Shown in pieces: positions 42,199-49,977 of a DNA stretch of 64,000 nt (positions are counted from its first letter, which is position 1; each line of letters begins with the position of its first letter). The stretch covers positions 61,131 to 125,130 of the forward strand of contig DIWH01000017.1 in assembly GCA_002423485.1 (NCBI GenBank), written 5' to 3'. This DNA comes from Candidatus Xenobium occultum. Lineage in GTDB: Bacteria > Vulcanimicrobiota > Xenobia > Xenobiales > Xenobiaceae. The position numbers and the translations under genes are program-made. The notes under the pieces are model-generated. The model was not told the origin of the DNA and did not search any database. It was given only the letters and a program-made list of their open reading frames with translations.

Positions 42199-42331
42199 CG
42201 TTGCGTCCTCCTGGCTGGCATGGGCCCGCCTCGAAGCAAGGCCCCCGGATTGGTCGGAAGCATGTTCTTGCAGGTGGGGGCTTCTCCTCCGCAGCGAAGC
42301 GAATTCCATCCGCCCGGAAGGCTCCTTGTGG

Positions 42332-43801
42332 TCAGGGAAGAGGCTCGGCCGGGAGGGGGGGCGAGCTCTCCGGTTGCAGATCCAGGTTGGCGTAGGCCTC
42401 CAGGAATCCGTGGAGCTCGCGAGGGTCCTCCAGATACGACGGGGCCTGCCGCCGCAGAAAGCCGGCCAGTTCCTCGTCTCCATGGGCCTCCAGGGTCTTC
42501 ACCTGGTCTTCCAGGGGGGTCAGCTTCTCCACCATCTCCTGGACCTGACGAACCCGTCCCTCCCATGAGGGGTGGCTGGCGAACCAGTCCGGCCCGTTCC
42601 CCTGGCCCAGTTGGCGGGCAAGTTCACCCAGCTTGGTCAGGGTCAGGGCGAAGTCCTCGGGGCGATATCCGGCAGCAAAGGTCATCAAGACGGCTCCGCG
42701 GTCGGCCTCCAGCTCGAAATCCCGAGAGTAGCCCTTCATGAAGGTGTCGGCCAGGAAGTTGCCTGCAGCCCTTCCCCAGAAGGAGCGCGTGGCGTAGCCC
42801 AGGACGCTGCCGAGCATTCCGGACCACTGGCTGCGGTCATACTGCCGTCGCATGTGGTGGTTCTCGGCATGGGCCAGCTCGTGGGCCAGGATGGCGGCCA
42901 GTTCGTCCGGCGTCTCCAAAGCGCGCAGCAGTCCCGAGGTCACGTAGATCGGTCCGGTCGGCACCGAGAAGGCGTTGAGCTCATCCGAGTCCAGCACGAC
43001 GAAGCGGTAACCCTGGTCCGCGAAGCGGTTGGACTCCATCAGGCGCTCCCCCACCGACGAAACCCTCTGGCGCTCCTCCTGGTCGTGCGAGACCCGGTAG
43101 CGGTCCTCGATCATGCCGGCGGCGGACTGAGCCAGTCGGCGCTCCAGCTCGTCCTGGCCGACCAGCCGGTTGGTCTCCGGGAAACAGATCGGGCAGGGGC
43201 GGAGGCCCTCCTGCTCGGCCAGGGAGCGGTCGGGAAGGTTCCTGGTCTCGATTCTTGGCGAGAGGTGGCGGGCTCCGGGCAGGTGATACATCCGGCTCTC
43301 GGAGTTGGCCACGACGGGGACCGGTTCTGGACCTTCGCCCTCCAGGGCCAGGCGGATCAGGGCCTCCCGGGCCTTGGTCGGGTTGGCCTTGGGAGCTTGC
43401 AGGGTCTGGCGGGCTCCGCTGGCCAGGTCGACCTGCAGGCCCGTGGTCTCGCCGTCCGAGGAGATCAGCAGGAGCCGATCCGGACGGAGCAGGGCAGCGC
43501 GATGGCGCGAAGCCAGCAGGCGGCGGGGGTTGGTCAGCAGGCGGGCCTTCTGCTCGATGGTCAGGTTCCGGGTGACGCCGGGTTTGAAGAGGTCCTGCCA
43601 GTCAAGGATCAAGCCGGGTTGTGCCGGCAGCGACAGGTCCTCCTGGGTTCGGGGGGTCCAGTTCCAGTCCCGATCCAGAAGCAGGACGCCCAGGACCGGT
43701 GTCTTTTCGGCGGAGATCTGTCCCGGAGCGGAACCGCCCAGGTACAGGAACAATAGCAGGAGCCCAAACCAGGAAACGGGGCGCAGGAATCCGGCACTCA
43801 T
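42332..43801 (-). CDS. M48-family zinc metallopeptidase with Ada-like metal-binding segment
   Basis: Inner ATG of ORF 42332..43924 (start uncertain). Signal/TM VSWFGLLLLFLYLGG, MYHLPGARHL...GLRPCPICFP, AAILAHELAHAENHH (HExxH), and a downstream ELEAD. Confidence 0.8.
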   Translation of the reverse strand: MSAGFLRPVSWFGLLLLFLYLGGSAPGQISAEKTPVLGVLLLDRDWNWTPRTQEDLSLPAQPGLILDWQDLFKPGVTRNLTIEQKARLLTNPRRLLASRHRAALLRPDRLLLISSDGETTGLQVDLASGARQTLQAPKANPTKAREALIRLALEGEGPEPVPVVANSESRMYHLPGARHLSPRIETRNLPDRSLAEQEGLRPCPICFPETNRLVGQDELERRLAQSAAGMIEDRYRVSHDQEERQRVSSVGERLMESNRFADQGYRFVVLDSDELNAFSVPTGPIYVTSGLLRALETPDELAAILAHELAHAENHHMRRQYDRSQWSGMLGSVLGYATRSFWGRAAGNFLADTFMKGYSRDFELEADRGAVLMTFAAGYRPEDFALTLTKLGELARQLGQGNGPDWFASHPSWEGRVRQVQEMVEKLTPLEDQVKTLEAHGDEELAGFLRRQAPSYLEDPRELHGFLEAYANLDLQPESSPPLPAEPLP

Positions 43802-43974
43802 GGTGGAGGATTCCTTCGCCACCGCTCCAAACATGTCCCACCCGGACTTCCATCCGCTGCCTGGTGAGGGGACCGAGGGTGTTCCGGCGAGTCCGGGACC
43901 CCGAGACCGAAGCCGGGGGCGCATTCACTCAAAGAGGGTGGCCAGAGGGCCCGGACCCTCTCGGCGAGAGGCTC

Positions 43975-44592
43975 ATGCACGATTCCGAGGAACAGCTCAT
44001 CGCGCGCTGCCTCCAGGGGGACGCGTCCGCCTGGGAAGAGGTCTATCGTCGCCACTACGGCCGGGTCAAGCAGGTCATCGGCTGGCGCCGCTGGGGCTTC
44101 TCGCCCATCGAGGTCGAGGATGGCGTCCAGGAGGTCTTCCTGCAACTGGTCCGCTCGCTTCCAGGCTTTCGCCAGGAAGCCAGCCTGGCCACCTTCTTGA
44201 CCCACCTGGCCCGCAATCGTTGCATCTCCAACCTGCGCCGCAAGACGGCCGGGAAGAGGGGGCGCGAAGAGCTCTCGGCCACCTTGGAGGGCGAACGGGA
44301 GGAGGGGATGCCGTTCACGCCGGCCGTCGATCCCGAACCAGGGCCCGAAGCCAGCGCCTTGTCGGCGGAGCAGGCCCGTCTGGTGGCCCGGGCTCTGGAG
44401 GCCCTCTCGCCCGAGTGCCGGCAGGTGCTGAGCCTGCGCTACTACAAGCAGCTCTCCTACAAAGAGATCTGCGCAGCTCTTTCATTGCCCCTGGGGACGG
44501 TGTGCTCGCGCCTGAAACGCTGCCTGGGGCACCTCCGGGGCCAACTCCAGGCCAGCCCGTCCGGGTCGGTGGCGGCGGTCCGTGAATCGTGA
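43975..44592 (+). CDS. ECF-type RNA polymerase sigma-70 factor (module 2)
   Basis: Inner ATG of ORF 43621..44592. EDGVQEVFLQLVRSL, LATFLTHLARNRCI, LSYKEICAALSLPLGTVCSRLKR. Confidence 0.85.
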   Translation: MHDSEEQLIARCLQGDASAWEEVYRRHYGRVKQVIGWRRWGFSPIEVEDGVQEVFLQLVRSLPGFRQEASLATFLTHLARNRCISNLRRKTAGKRGREELSATLEGEREEGMPFTPAVDPEPGPEASALSAEQARLVARALEALSPECRQVLSLRYYKQLSYKEICAALSLPLGTVCSRLKRCLGHLRGQLQASPSGSVAAVRES

Positions 44593-44665
44593 GAATCGGG
44601 AATTTTCTGCGGCGGGGAGCGACCAGTTCAGAGAAGTCCATCAGGCCGAAGGGTGTTCAGTCGTG

Positions 44666-46201
44666 ATGACCTGTGACAACCAGACCATTGCGGAGATGTT
44701 GGTCCCCTACGTGGAGGGTGCGCTGGCCGAGGCCGAGAGGCTGGAGGTGACCGAGCATCTGCGCCACTGTCCATCCTGCCGCGACGACGCGCGTCGGGTG
44801 CGCGAGGGGATCCTGGCCGTCCGCCGCCTCTTCGCCTCCGGTTATCGTCCGCGTCTGGCCCGTCACCCCGCCGTGGAGGAGATCGTCGCCTTCAGCGCCG
44901 ACTCCGGCGGCCTTTCCGAGTCTGCCCGCCAGAACCTGGAGCTGCACCTGCTGGAGTGCGAGGTCTGTTCCCAGGAGGTCTCGCTGCTGAATGGCATGCA
45001 CAAGGAGCTGGAGGGGCGGGTCGCCCCCGGAGCTTCGCCTCTGCTCCTGCCTCGCGCCTTGCGAGAGGAGGTCGAGCGGGTCTTTCCGGGCACTGGGGCT
45101 TCTTCGGCCACGGCTCAGGTCGTTCAGGACGTGCCTCTGATCGAGCGCGTGGCGGCGCTGTGGTCGCGTTTCAACTGGAGGCCCGCGTTGGCCACCGTCG
45201 GAGCGGCGCTGCTCCTGACACTGGGATTTCTGTTCGCGTCCAGCGGCCCGCCCCAGGACGTGGCCGTGAAGTCGGTCACGCCACCTTCTCCGCAGGGTCG
45301 TCCGAGCAGCGCCTCGCCTGCCGAGGTGGCGCTGACCTTGAGCCCTGGCCAGATCGAACAGGTGGCGCCTCTCCTGGATCGCGAGGGGGTCTCCTGGCAG
45401 AATCGGGGCGGAATCGTCTACGTCTCTTCGGCGGACCTCCAGAAGGCCCGCAGCCTGGTGGAATCGGGGCTCTCCGAGGGGAGGCTGGCTGACGCCTCCC
45501 CTGTTCTGCCCAGCCCATCTCCGACCCCTGAGGTTCAGCCTGAACCCAGTCCGACGCTCTCCACTCCGTCGCCGACCCCCTCGCCCTCTCTGGAGGGGCC
45601 TTCTTCGCCCAGGCCCTCCGCGCTCGTGGCGCAGGTCCCGCCCCCCACGCCTCCGGCGGCCCAGCGCTCGATGGCTCCGGCCCCGGCCACCCCGGTCCGA
45701 CGTGCCTCGGCTCCGGCCCCTGCGCCGACCACGGCCCGCCCTGCCGCGTCTCGAGTTCCCGTCCAGGCGGACCTGGAGGACGCTCCTGCCCCCCAGATCG
45801 TGGCCATGGAGAGTTCCGCCGGCTCGCAGACCGCACACCGCGCGCCAGGTACGGCCACCAATCATGCCAGCGAAAGGCTGGACTCGGCGCCTCCGACACC
45901 GGCCCTGGAAGTCCAGGCCAGGGCCCCAGAACCCTCCATTGTCCGCTCGGGGGGGGCTGACAAATCGCTGGGAGGAGCCTTTGATCCGGCCCCAACTGCC
46001 GACCGGGCTGCCGCGGTCGAGTCCCAGGCTCGCCAGATCGTCGGCGAGGGGTCGGTGTCGGTGGAAGGTGGCGGAGAGGGCCCGGTCCACGTGATCGTGC
46101 GCACCCACCGGAGCTTGACCAGTCAGGAGAAGGAGGATCTCCGGCGACGGCTCCGCCGGGATCTGGGACTACGGGACAGCGACACCATCACGATTCGATA
46201 G
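44666..46201 (+). CDS. zf-HC2 anti-sigma factor with long Pro/Ser/Ala-rich extracytoplasmic region
   Basis: ATG in frame with ORF 44582..46201. MTCDNQTIAEMLVPYVEGALAEAERLEVTEHLRHCPSCR. TM LATVGAALLLTLGFLFA. About 150 aa of P/S/A-rich linker, then a C-terminal ~70-aa folded-looking segment. Confidence 0.75.
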   Translation: MTCDNQTIAEMLVPYVEGALAEAERLEVTEHLRHCPSCRDDARRVREGILAVRRLFASGYRPRLARHPAVEEIVAFSADSGGLSESARQNLELHLLECEVCSQEVSLLNGMHKELEGRVAPGASPLLLPRALREEVERVFPGTGASSATAQVVQDVPLIERVAALWSRFNWRPALATVGAALLLTLGFLFASSGPPQDVAVKSVTPPSPQGRPSSASPAEVALTLSPGQIEQVAPLLDREGVSWQNRGGIVYVSSADLQKARSLVESGLSEGRLADASPVLPSPSPTPEVQPEPSPTLSTPSPTPSPSLEGPSSPRPSALVAQVPPPTPPAAQRSMAPAPATPVRRASAPAPAPTTARPAASRVPVQADLEDAPAPQIVAMESSAGSQTAHRAPGTATNHASERLDSAPPTPALEVQARAPEPSIVRSGGADKSLGGAFDPAPTADRAAAVESQARQIVGEGSVSVEGGGEGPVHVIVRTHRSLTSQEKEDLRRRLRRDLGLRDSDTITIR

Positions 46202-46202
46202 G

Positions 46203-47129
46203 ATGTCGATTCCCCCGCTGCTGCAGGTCGAACGGCTGGCCCTGGGCGTCGCCGCAGGCAAGCAGTCTCAGGAGCTCTCCTTTGAGTTGAATCCAGGCGA
46301 GGTGATGGGGGTCGTCGGTCCGCCCGATTCAGGCAAGTCGGCGCTGCTTCGCGCCCTGGTGGGGATTCAGCGAAGCGAACCCGGGCAGGTGCGGATCTGC
46401 GGCCGCTCACCCGGTCAACTCCAGACCCGCACGCTGGTGGGCTACCTCCCTTCGGTCCCGGCTCTGTATGAGGAGTTCACCTGCGTCGAGTACCTGGGCT
46501 TCTTCGCAGAGGCCTTCGGATTGGAGAATCACTATCGCCCCTACCTGATTCGGGAGTCCCTGCGCCTGGTGCGCCTGGAGGATTGCCTGCGGACGGCGAT
46601 CGCAGACCTGCGTTCGCAGGGAGTCCGGCGTCGGTTGGCCCTGGCCCGGGCCCTGGTCCACGATCCACACCTGCTGGCGGTGGACGATTGCCTGGCCCGC
46701 CTGGATCGAGCTGAGGCACGCCTGATGGTCGAGGTCCTGGGGGAGATTCGCAATACCGGAAAGACGCTCGTCCTTTCCAGCTCGTCGTTGGCGGAGATGG
46801 CGGGCCTGTGCAGTCACCTGTGCATCCTGGTGGGGCATCATCCCCTGGCCTGTGGGGAAGTGCGCGCGCTGAAACCTCGGATTTCCAACTTGCGAATGAT
46901 GCAGGTGCAGCTCCTGGACCACGTTCCGGAGGCGGTGCGTCGGCTGGAGGGGGACCGGCGGGTCTTCCACCTTTTGCAGAACCTGCCCAACTATAACCTC
47001 TTGAGGTTCCTTTTCGATGGGACCTCGGACGAGTTCGATGAGCTTCTGGAATCCCTGAGGAGGGCCGGGGTCTCGATCGTCTCCTATGCAGAGGACCCGT
47101 CTTTTCTGGGGCTGGTGGCAGGCCCATGA
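46203..47129 (+). CDS. ABC-type ATPase with degenerate catalytic motifs and no adjacent permease
   Basis: Track ORF starting 1 nt after the anti-sigma stop. Walker A GPPDSGKS. Signature region DLRSQGVRRRLALARAL instead of LSGGQ. Walker B LLAVDDC has no catalytic Glu. H-loop position reads LSSSS with no His. Confidence 0.7.
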   Translation: MSIPPLLQVERLALGVAAGKQSQELSFELNPGEVMGVVGPPDSGKSALLRALVGIQRSEPGQVRICGRSPGQLQTRTLVGYLPSVPALYEEFTCVEYLGFFAEAFGLENHYRPYLIRESLRLVRLEDCLRTAIADLRSQGVRRRLALARALVHDPHLLAVDDCLARLDRAEARLMVEVLGEIRNTGKTLVLSSSSLAEMAGLCSHLCILVGHHPLACGEVRALKPRISNLRMMQVQLLDHVPEAVRRLEGDRRVFHLLQNLPNYNLLRFLFDGTSDEFDELLESLRRAGVSIVSYAEDPSFLGLVAGP

Positions 47130-47349
47130 GGCCGGGGGGCATCCGACCCCTGGAAGGAATTCCGATCAGACCGTTGAAGCCCGACAACTCTGAGAGATAG
47201 GGGATACGGGTGCGCCGGCCGGGCGCGGACGAAACACGGAATGTCCTGCCTGGCCCGCCACCCTCCGCCCGAAGGCCGAAACCCAAGCGGCCTCGCGGGA
47301 ATCTTAGATCGGCCCGATGCGGGCCAAGAAAGCGAGGGGAGTAGGCTTG

Positions 47350-47901
47350 ATGCGCAGACTCAATGTCGCAATCCTTCTGCTGGCTGCGTTGACGCTGGGT
47401 TGCCTGGCGTTTGGCTCCAGACCAGCAGCGGCGGAAGACAACCTGGGAACGGTGAACCAGATTACCGAGTGGGGTCCGTTCCGCTACGAGGTCTACCAGT
47501 ACCCGTCCCGCGTTTCCAGCTTCTTTTTCTACCCGAAGAGTTACGTCACGTTCGATATCCACAACGGGAAGTACTGGATGATCGAGTCTCCCCGGTTCAA
47601 CGTGACCATGATCGGCGGGAACGATTTGAAGAACATCCTGGGGATCTACGAGCCGTACCAGAAGCTCGAGAACTTCACATTGTCGTTCTACACGCCGGAT
47701 ATGAAGCTGCTGGGTCGGGTCGCGAACCCGCAGACCAACCGGGCGTTCAGTATTCCGCGGGATGGCAACAACTACGACCACCTGGTGGCTCGGTTGGAGA
47801 GCAATGCCAACGCCAACTGGGACGTCAAGTTTGTGGTGTGGGATCCGGTGGATCCGGTGATCGCCGAACCCATGACCAGCCCCAGCTACCGCGAGCGCTA
47901 A
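47350..47901 (+). CDS. secreted protein of unknown function (aromatic/Asn-rich, visibly lower GC)
   Basis: Inner ATG of ORF 47317..47901. Signal peptide MRRLNVAILLLAALTLGCLAFGSRPAAA. Followed by a hairpin. Confidence 0.7.
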   Translation: MRRLNVAILLLAALTLGCLAFGSRPAAAEDNLGTVNQITEWGPFRYEVYQYPSRVSSFFFYPKSYVTFDIHNGKYWMIESPRFNVTMIGGNDLKNILGIYEPYQKLENFTLSFYTPDMKLLGRVANPQTNRAFSIPRDGNNYDHLVARLESNANANWDVKFVVWDPVDPVIAEPMTSPSYRER

Positions 47902-47945
47902 GTCCCCGACAAGGGTCCATCTGCTTCCAATCGGAGCAGGTCACC

Positions 47946-47986
47946 GCAAGAAGGGCGCACCCTCTGAGAAGGGGCGCCCTTCTTGC
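47946..47986 (+). terminator. hairpin terminator candidate
   Basis: gcaagaagggcgc-N15-gcgcccttcttgc. The 13-nt arms are perfect, but there is no clear T-run. Confidence 0.5.
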
Positions 47987-48101
47987 ATCGATGGCAGTCA
48001 TGGGTCTTCTTCTTTCGAGGCAACCGGGCCATCCAGAAAAAGCACGGGAATCGCAACCCCCTGGTCGACTTCCCCGAGCTGGTCGAGAAGGTGGACTTCG
48101 C

Positions 48102-49430
48102 TCAGGGACCGGGTTGAGCCACAGCCTTCGCCCGGATCTTCTGGCCTTCCTGGAACGTCGAGTCCGGGATGGCCACCATCAGCTCACCCTCGCGAAGGCC
48201 CTCCAGCACCTCGATCTGCAGGTCCCCTTGCAGGCCCGGGCGGACGGGGCGACGGCGCAGGGTCTCGTCTTCCACCACGAAGACGTACCAGGCTCCACCG
48301 GGGTCCTGCATCAGACATGACCGCGGGATCAACAGGGCATCCCGGCGGGTCTCGGTGACGAAGGTGGCCTGGACCCGATAGCCGACGCCCAGTCCTGGCG
48401 GCGCCGCCTCCGGTCGGATCCGGACTTCCACCCTCTGCTGCTCGACACCCAGGGAGGAAGGCTTGGTGAATCCAGCCGGTTCCAGCAGCCGGACGGTTCC
48501 ACGGAAGGGGGGACCGGAGTCCCAGGCCTGGAGTTGAACAGGCGTGCCGGGCCGGAGGGTCATGGCGTCCTGGGTGAGCACTTCGGCCAGCACCTCCAGG
48601 TCCTGCATCCGGCCGATCTCCAGAATCCGGGTGCCGGCGGGAAAGTGGCCCGGGCCTGTCTCCAGGCGCTTCAGCACCAGGCCGTCCACAGGGGCTAGCA
48701 GTCGGGCCTGAGCGGCCTCGTGGCGGGCGCCGCGCAGGTCTGCCCTGGCAGATTGCAGTTGACCGGTCAGGGCTCCACCCTCGGCCAGGCGGCGCTCGGC
48801 AGCCCGGGTGCTGGCATCGACCTGCCGGGCCGCAGCCGCGATGATCGCGTCCTGGGCCCGGATCCGGCCGTCCACCTCTCGGGCCGCATGGGTCGCCGAA
48901 ACCTCGTCCAGGCGAGCCTTTTCGAGTTGCTGGCGGGGGATGTAACCCTGTTCGAAGAGGCGCTCGGCCCTCCTGGTCTCGGTGCGGGCCTGCTGCAGGC
49001 CCGCCTGGGCGGACAGAAGCTGTTCGGCCAGGGCTTGGCGGGTCTGGCGCTCAGCCTGCAGGTGGGCCTGGGCCTGGTCCCTCTGGGATTCCTCGACGGA
49101 CAGATCCTGCTGGGTCTGGACCCGGGACTCATACTCCTGGACCCGGCCCGACAGCGAATCCACGCGGGTCGTCAGGGGGACCGGGTCGATCGTGGCCAGC
49201 ACCTGGCCGGCGCGGACATGGTCCCCTTCCACGACGGTCAGCCGGGAGAGCCGGCCGTCGACCGGCATGGGCACCTGGAAGGTCTGGGAAAGTCGGGTTC
49301 GCGCCTGCTCGGTGAAGGTGCGCGCCAGGTCGCCTCGGACCGGGGAAAGCACCTCGACTTCAGGGGGAGGCGAGCACCCGACCTGAACCAGGAGGAGGAA
49401 GAGGCTGCCGAGGAGACAGGCGCCGCGCAT
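48102..49430 (-). CDS. efflux periplasmic adaptor subunit (HlyD/MacA family), lipoprotein
   Basis: Track ORF. Lipobox LVQVGC. Lipoyl-like GDHVRAGQVLATID, long coiled coil, APVDGLVLKR. Confidence 0.85.
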   Translation of the reverse strand: MRGACLLGSLFLLLVQVGCSPPPEVEVLSPVRGDLARTFTEQARTRLSQTFQVPMPVDGRLSRLTVVEGDHVRAGQVLATIDPVPLTTRVDSLSGRVQEYESRVQTQQDLSVEESQRDQAQAHLQAERQTRQALAEQLLSAQAGLQQARTETRRAERLFEQGYIPRQQLEKARLDEVSATHAAREVDGRIRAQDAIIAAAARQVDASTRAAERRLAEGGALTGQLQSARADLRGARHEAAQARLLAPVDGLVLKRLETGPGHFPAGTRILEIGRMQDLEVLAEVLTQDAMTLRPGTPVQLQAWDSGPPFRGTVRLLEPAGFTKPSSLGVEQQRVEVRIRPEAAPPGLGVGYRVQATFVTETRRDALLIPRSCLMQDPGGAWYVFVVEDETLRRRPVRPGLQGDLQIEVLEGLREGELMVAIPDSTFQEGQKIRAKAVAQPGP

Positions 49431-49480
49431 GGCTAGGGGGTTCTCGGCCGGGCGTCCCGGCCCTTCAAGGCTTCGGAGGC

Positions 49481-49927
49481 TCAGGGCCGTGAGGGGAAGG
49501 TCTCCATCAGCCCGAAGCGCCAGGAGCCTTCTTCCAGGACCGTCACGAAGTGGCGCTCGTCGTTCCCATCCATCCGCACGCTTCCCCGATTTCCCGCCAC
49601 CTGCCCGGAGGTGAAGGTCCGGCCGGCCAGGATCTCGGAGTGGGAACTGGCTCGGAAGGAGTCCCAGAAGCCCGCGCAGACGGAGGGATCGCGGGTCTCG
49701 AAGAGACGTCGGACGGCCTCCGTGGACATCTCCTCGTCCCGGGCCACCATGGTCACGATCCGGTTCTGACTGGAACTCGACAGAAGATCCCAGGCCCGGC
49801 CGTAGTCCCGGGCGTTGACGGCCTGGAAGAAGCCTTTGACTGCGTGGGCCGGGTCTTGGGCCTGGGCTGGCGCGACCAGGCAGGATATCAGGATGATGAG
49901 CGCCAGCAATGTTCTGGTTCGGCTCAC
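49481..49927 (-). CDS. small secreted NTF2-like/DUF4878-like protein embedded in the efflux operon
   Basis: GTG preceded by GGAGG, in frame with ORF 49481..51529. Signal peptide VSRTRTLLALIILISCLVAPAQA. AVKGFFQAVNARDYGRAWDLL. Confidence 0.6.
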   Translation of the reverse strand: MSRTRTLLALIILISCLVAPAQAQDPAHAVKGFFQAVNARDYGRAWDLLSSSSQNRIVTMVARDEEMSTEAVRRLFETRDPSVCAGFWDSFRASSHSEILAGRTFTSGQVAGNRGSVRMDGNDERHFVTVLEEGSWRFGLMETFPSRP

Positions 49928-49977
49928 GCGGACCTCCAATGACAGCGATTCAGCGTCGGGTTCGCCGGCGCCGGGCC

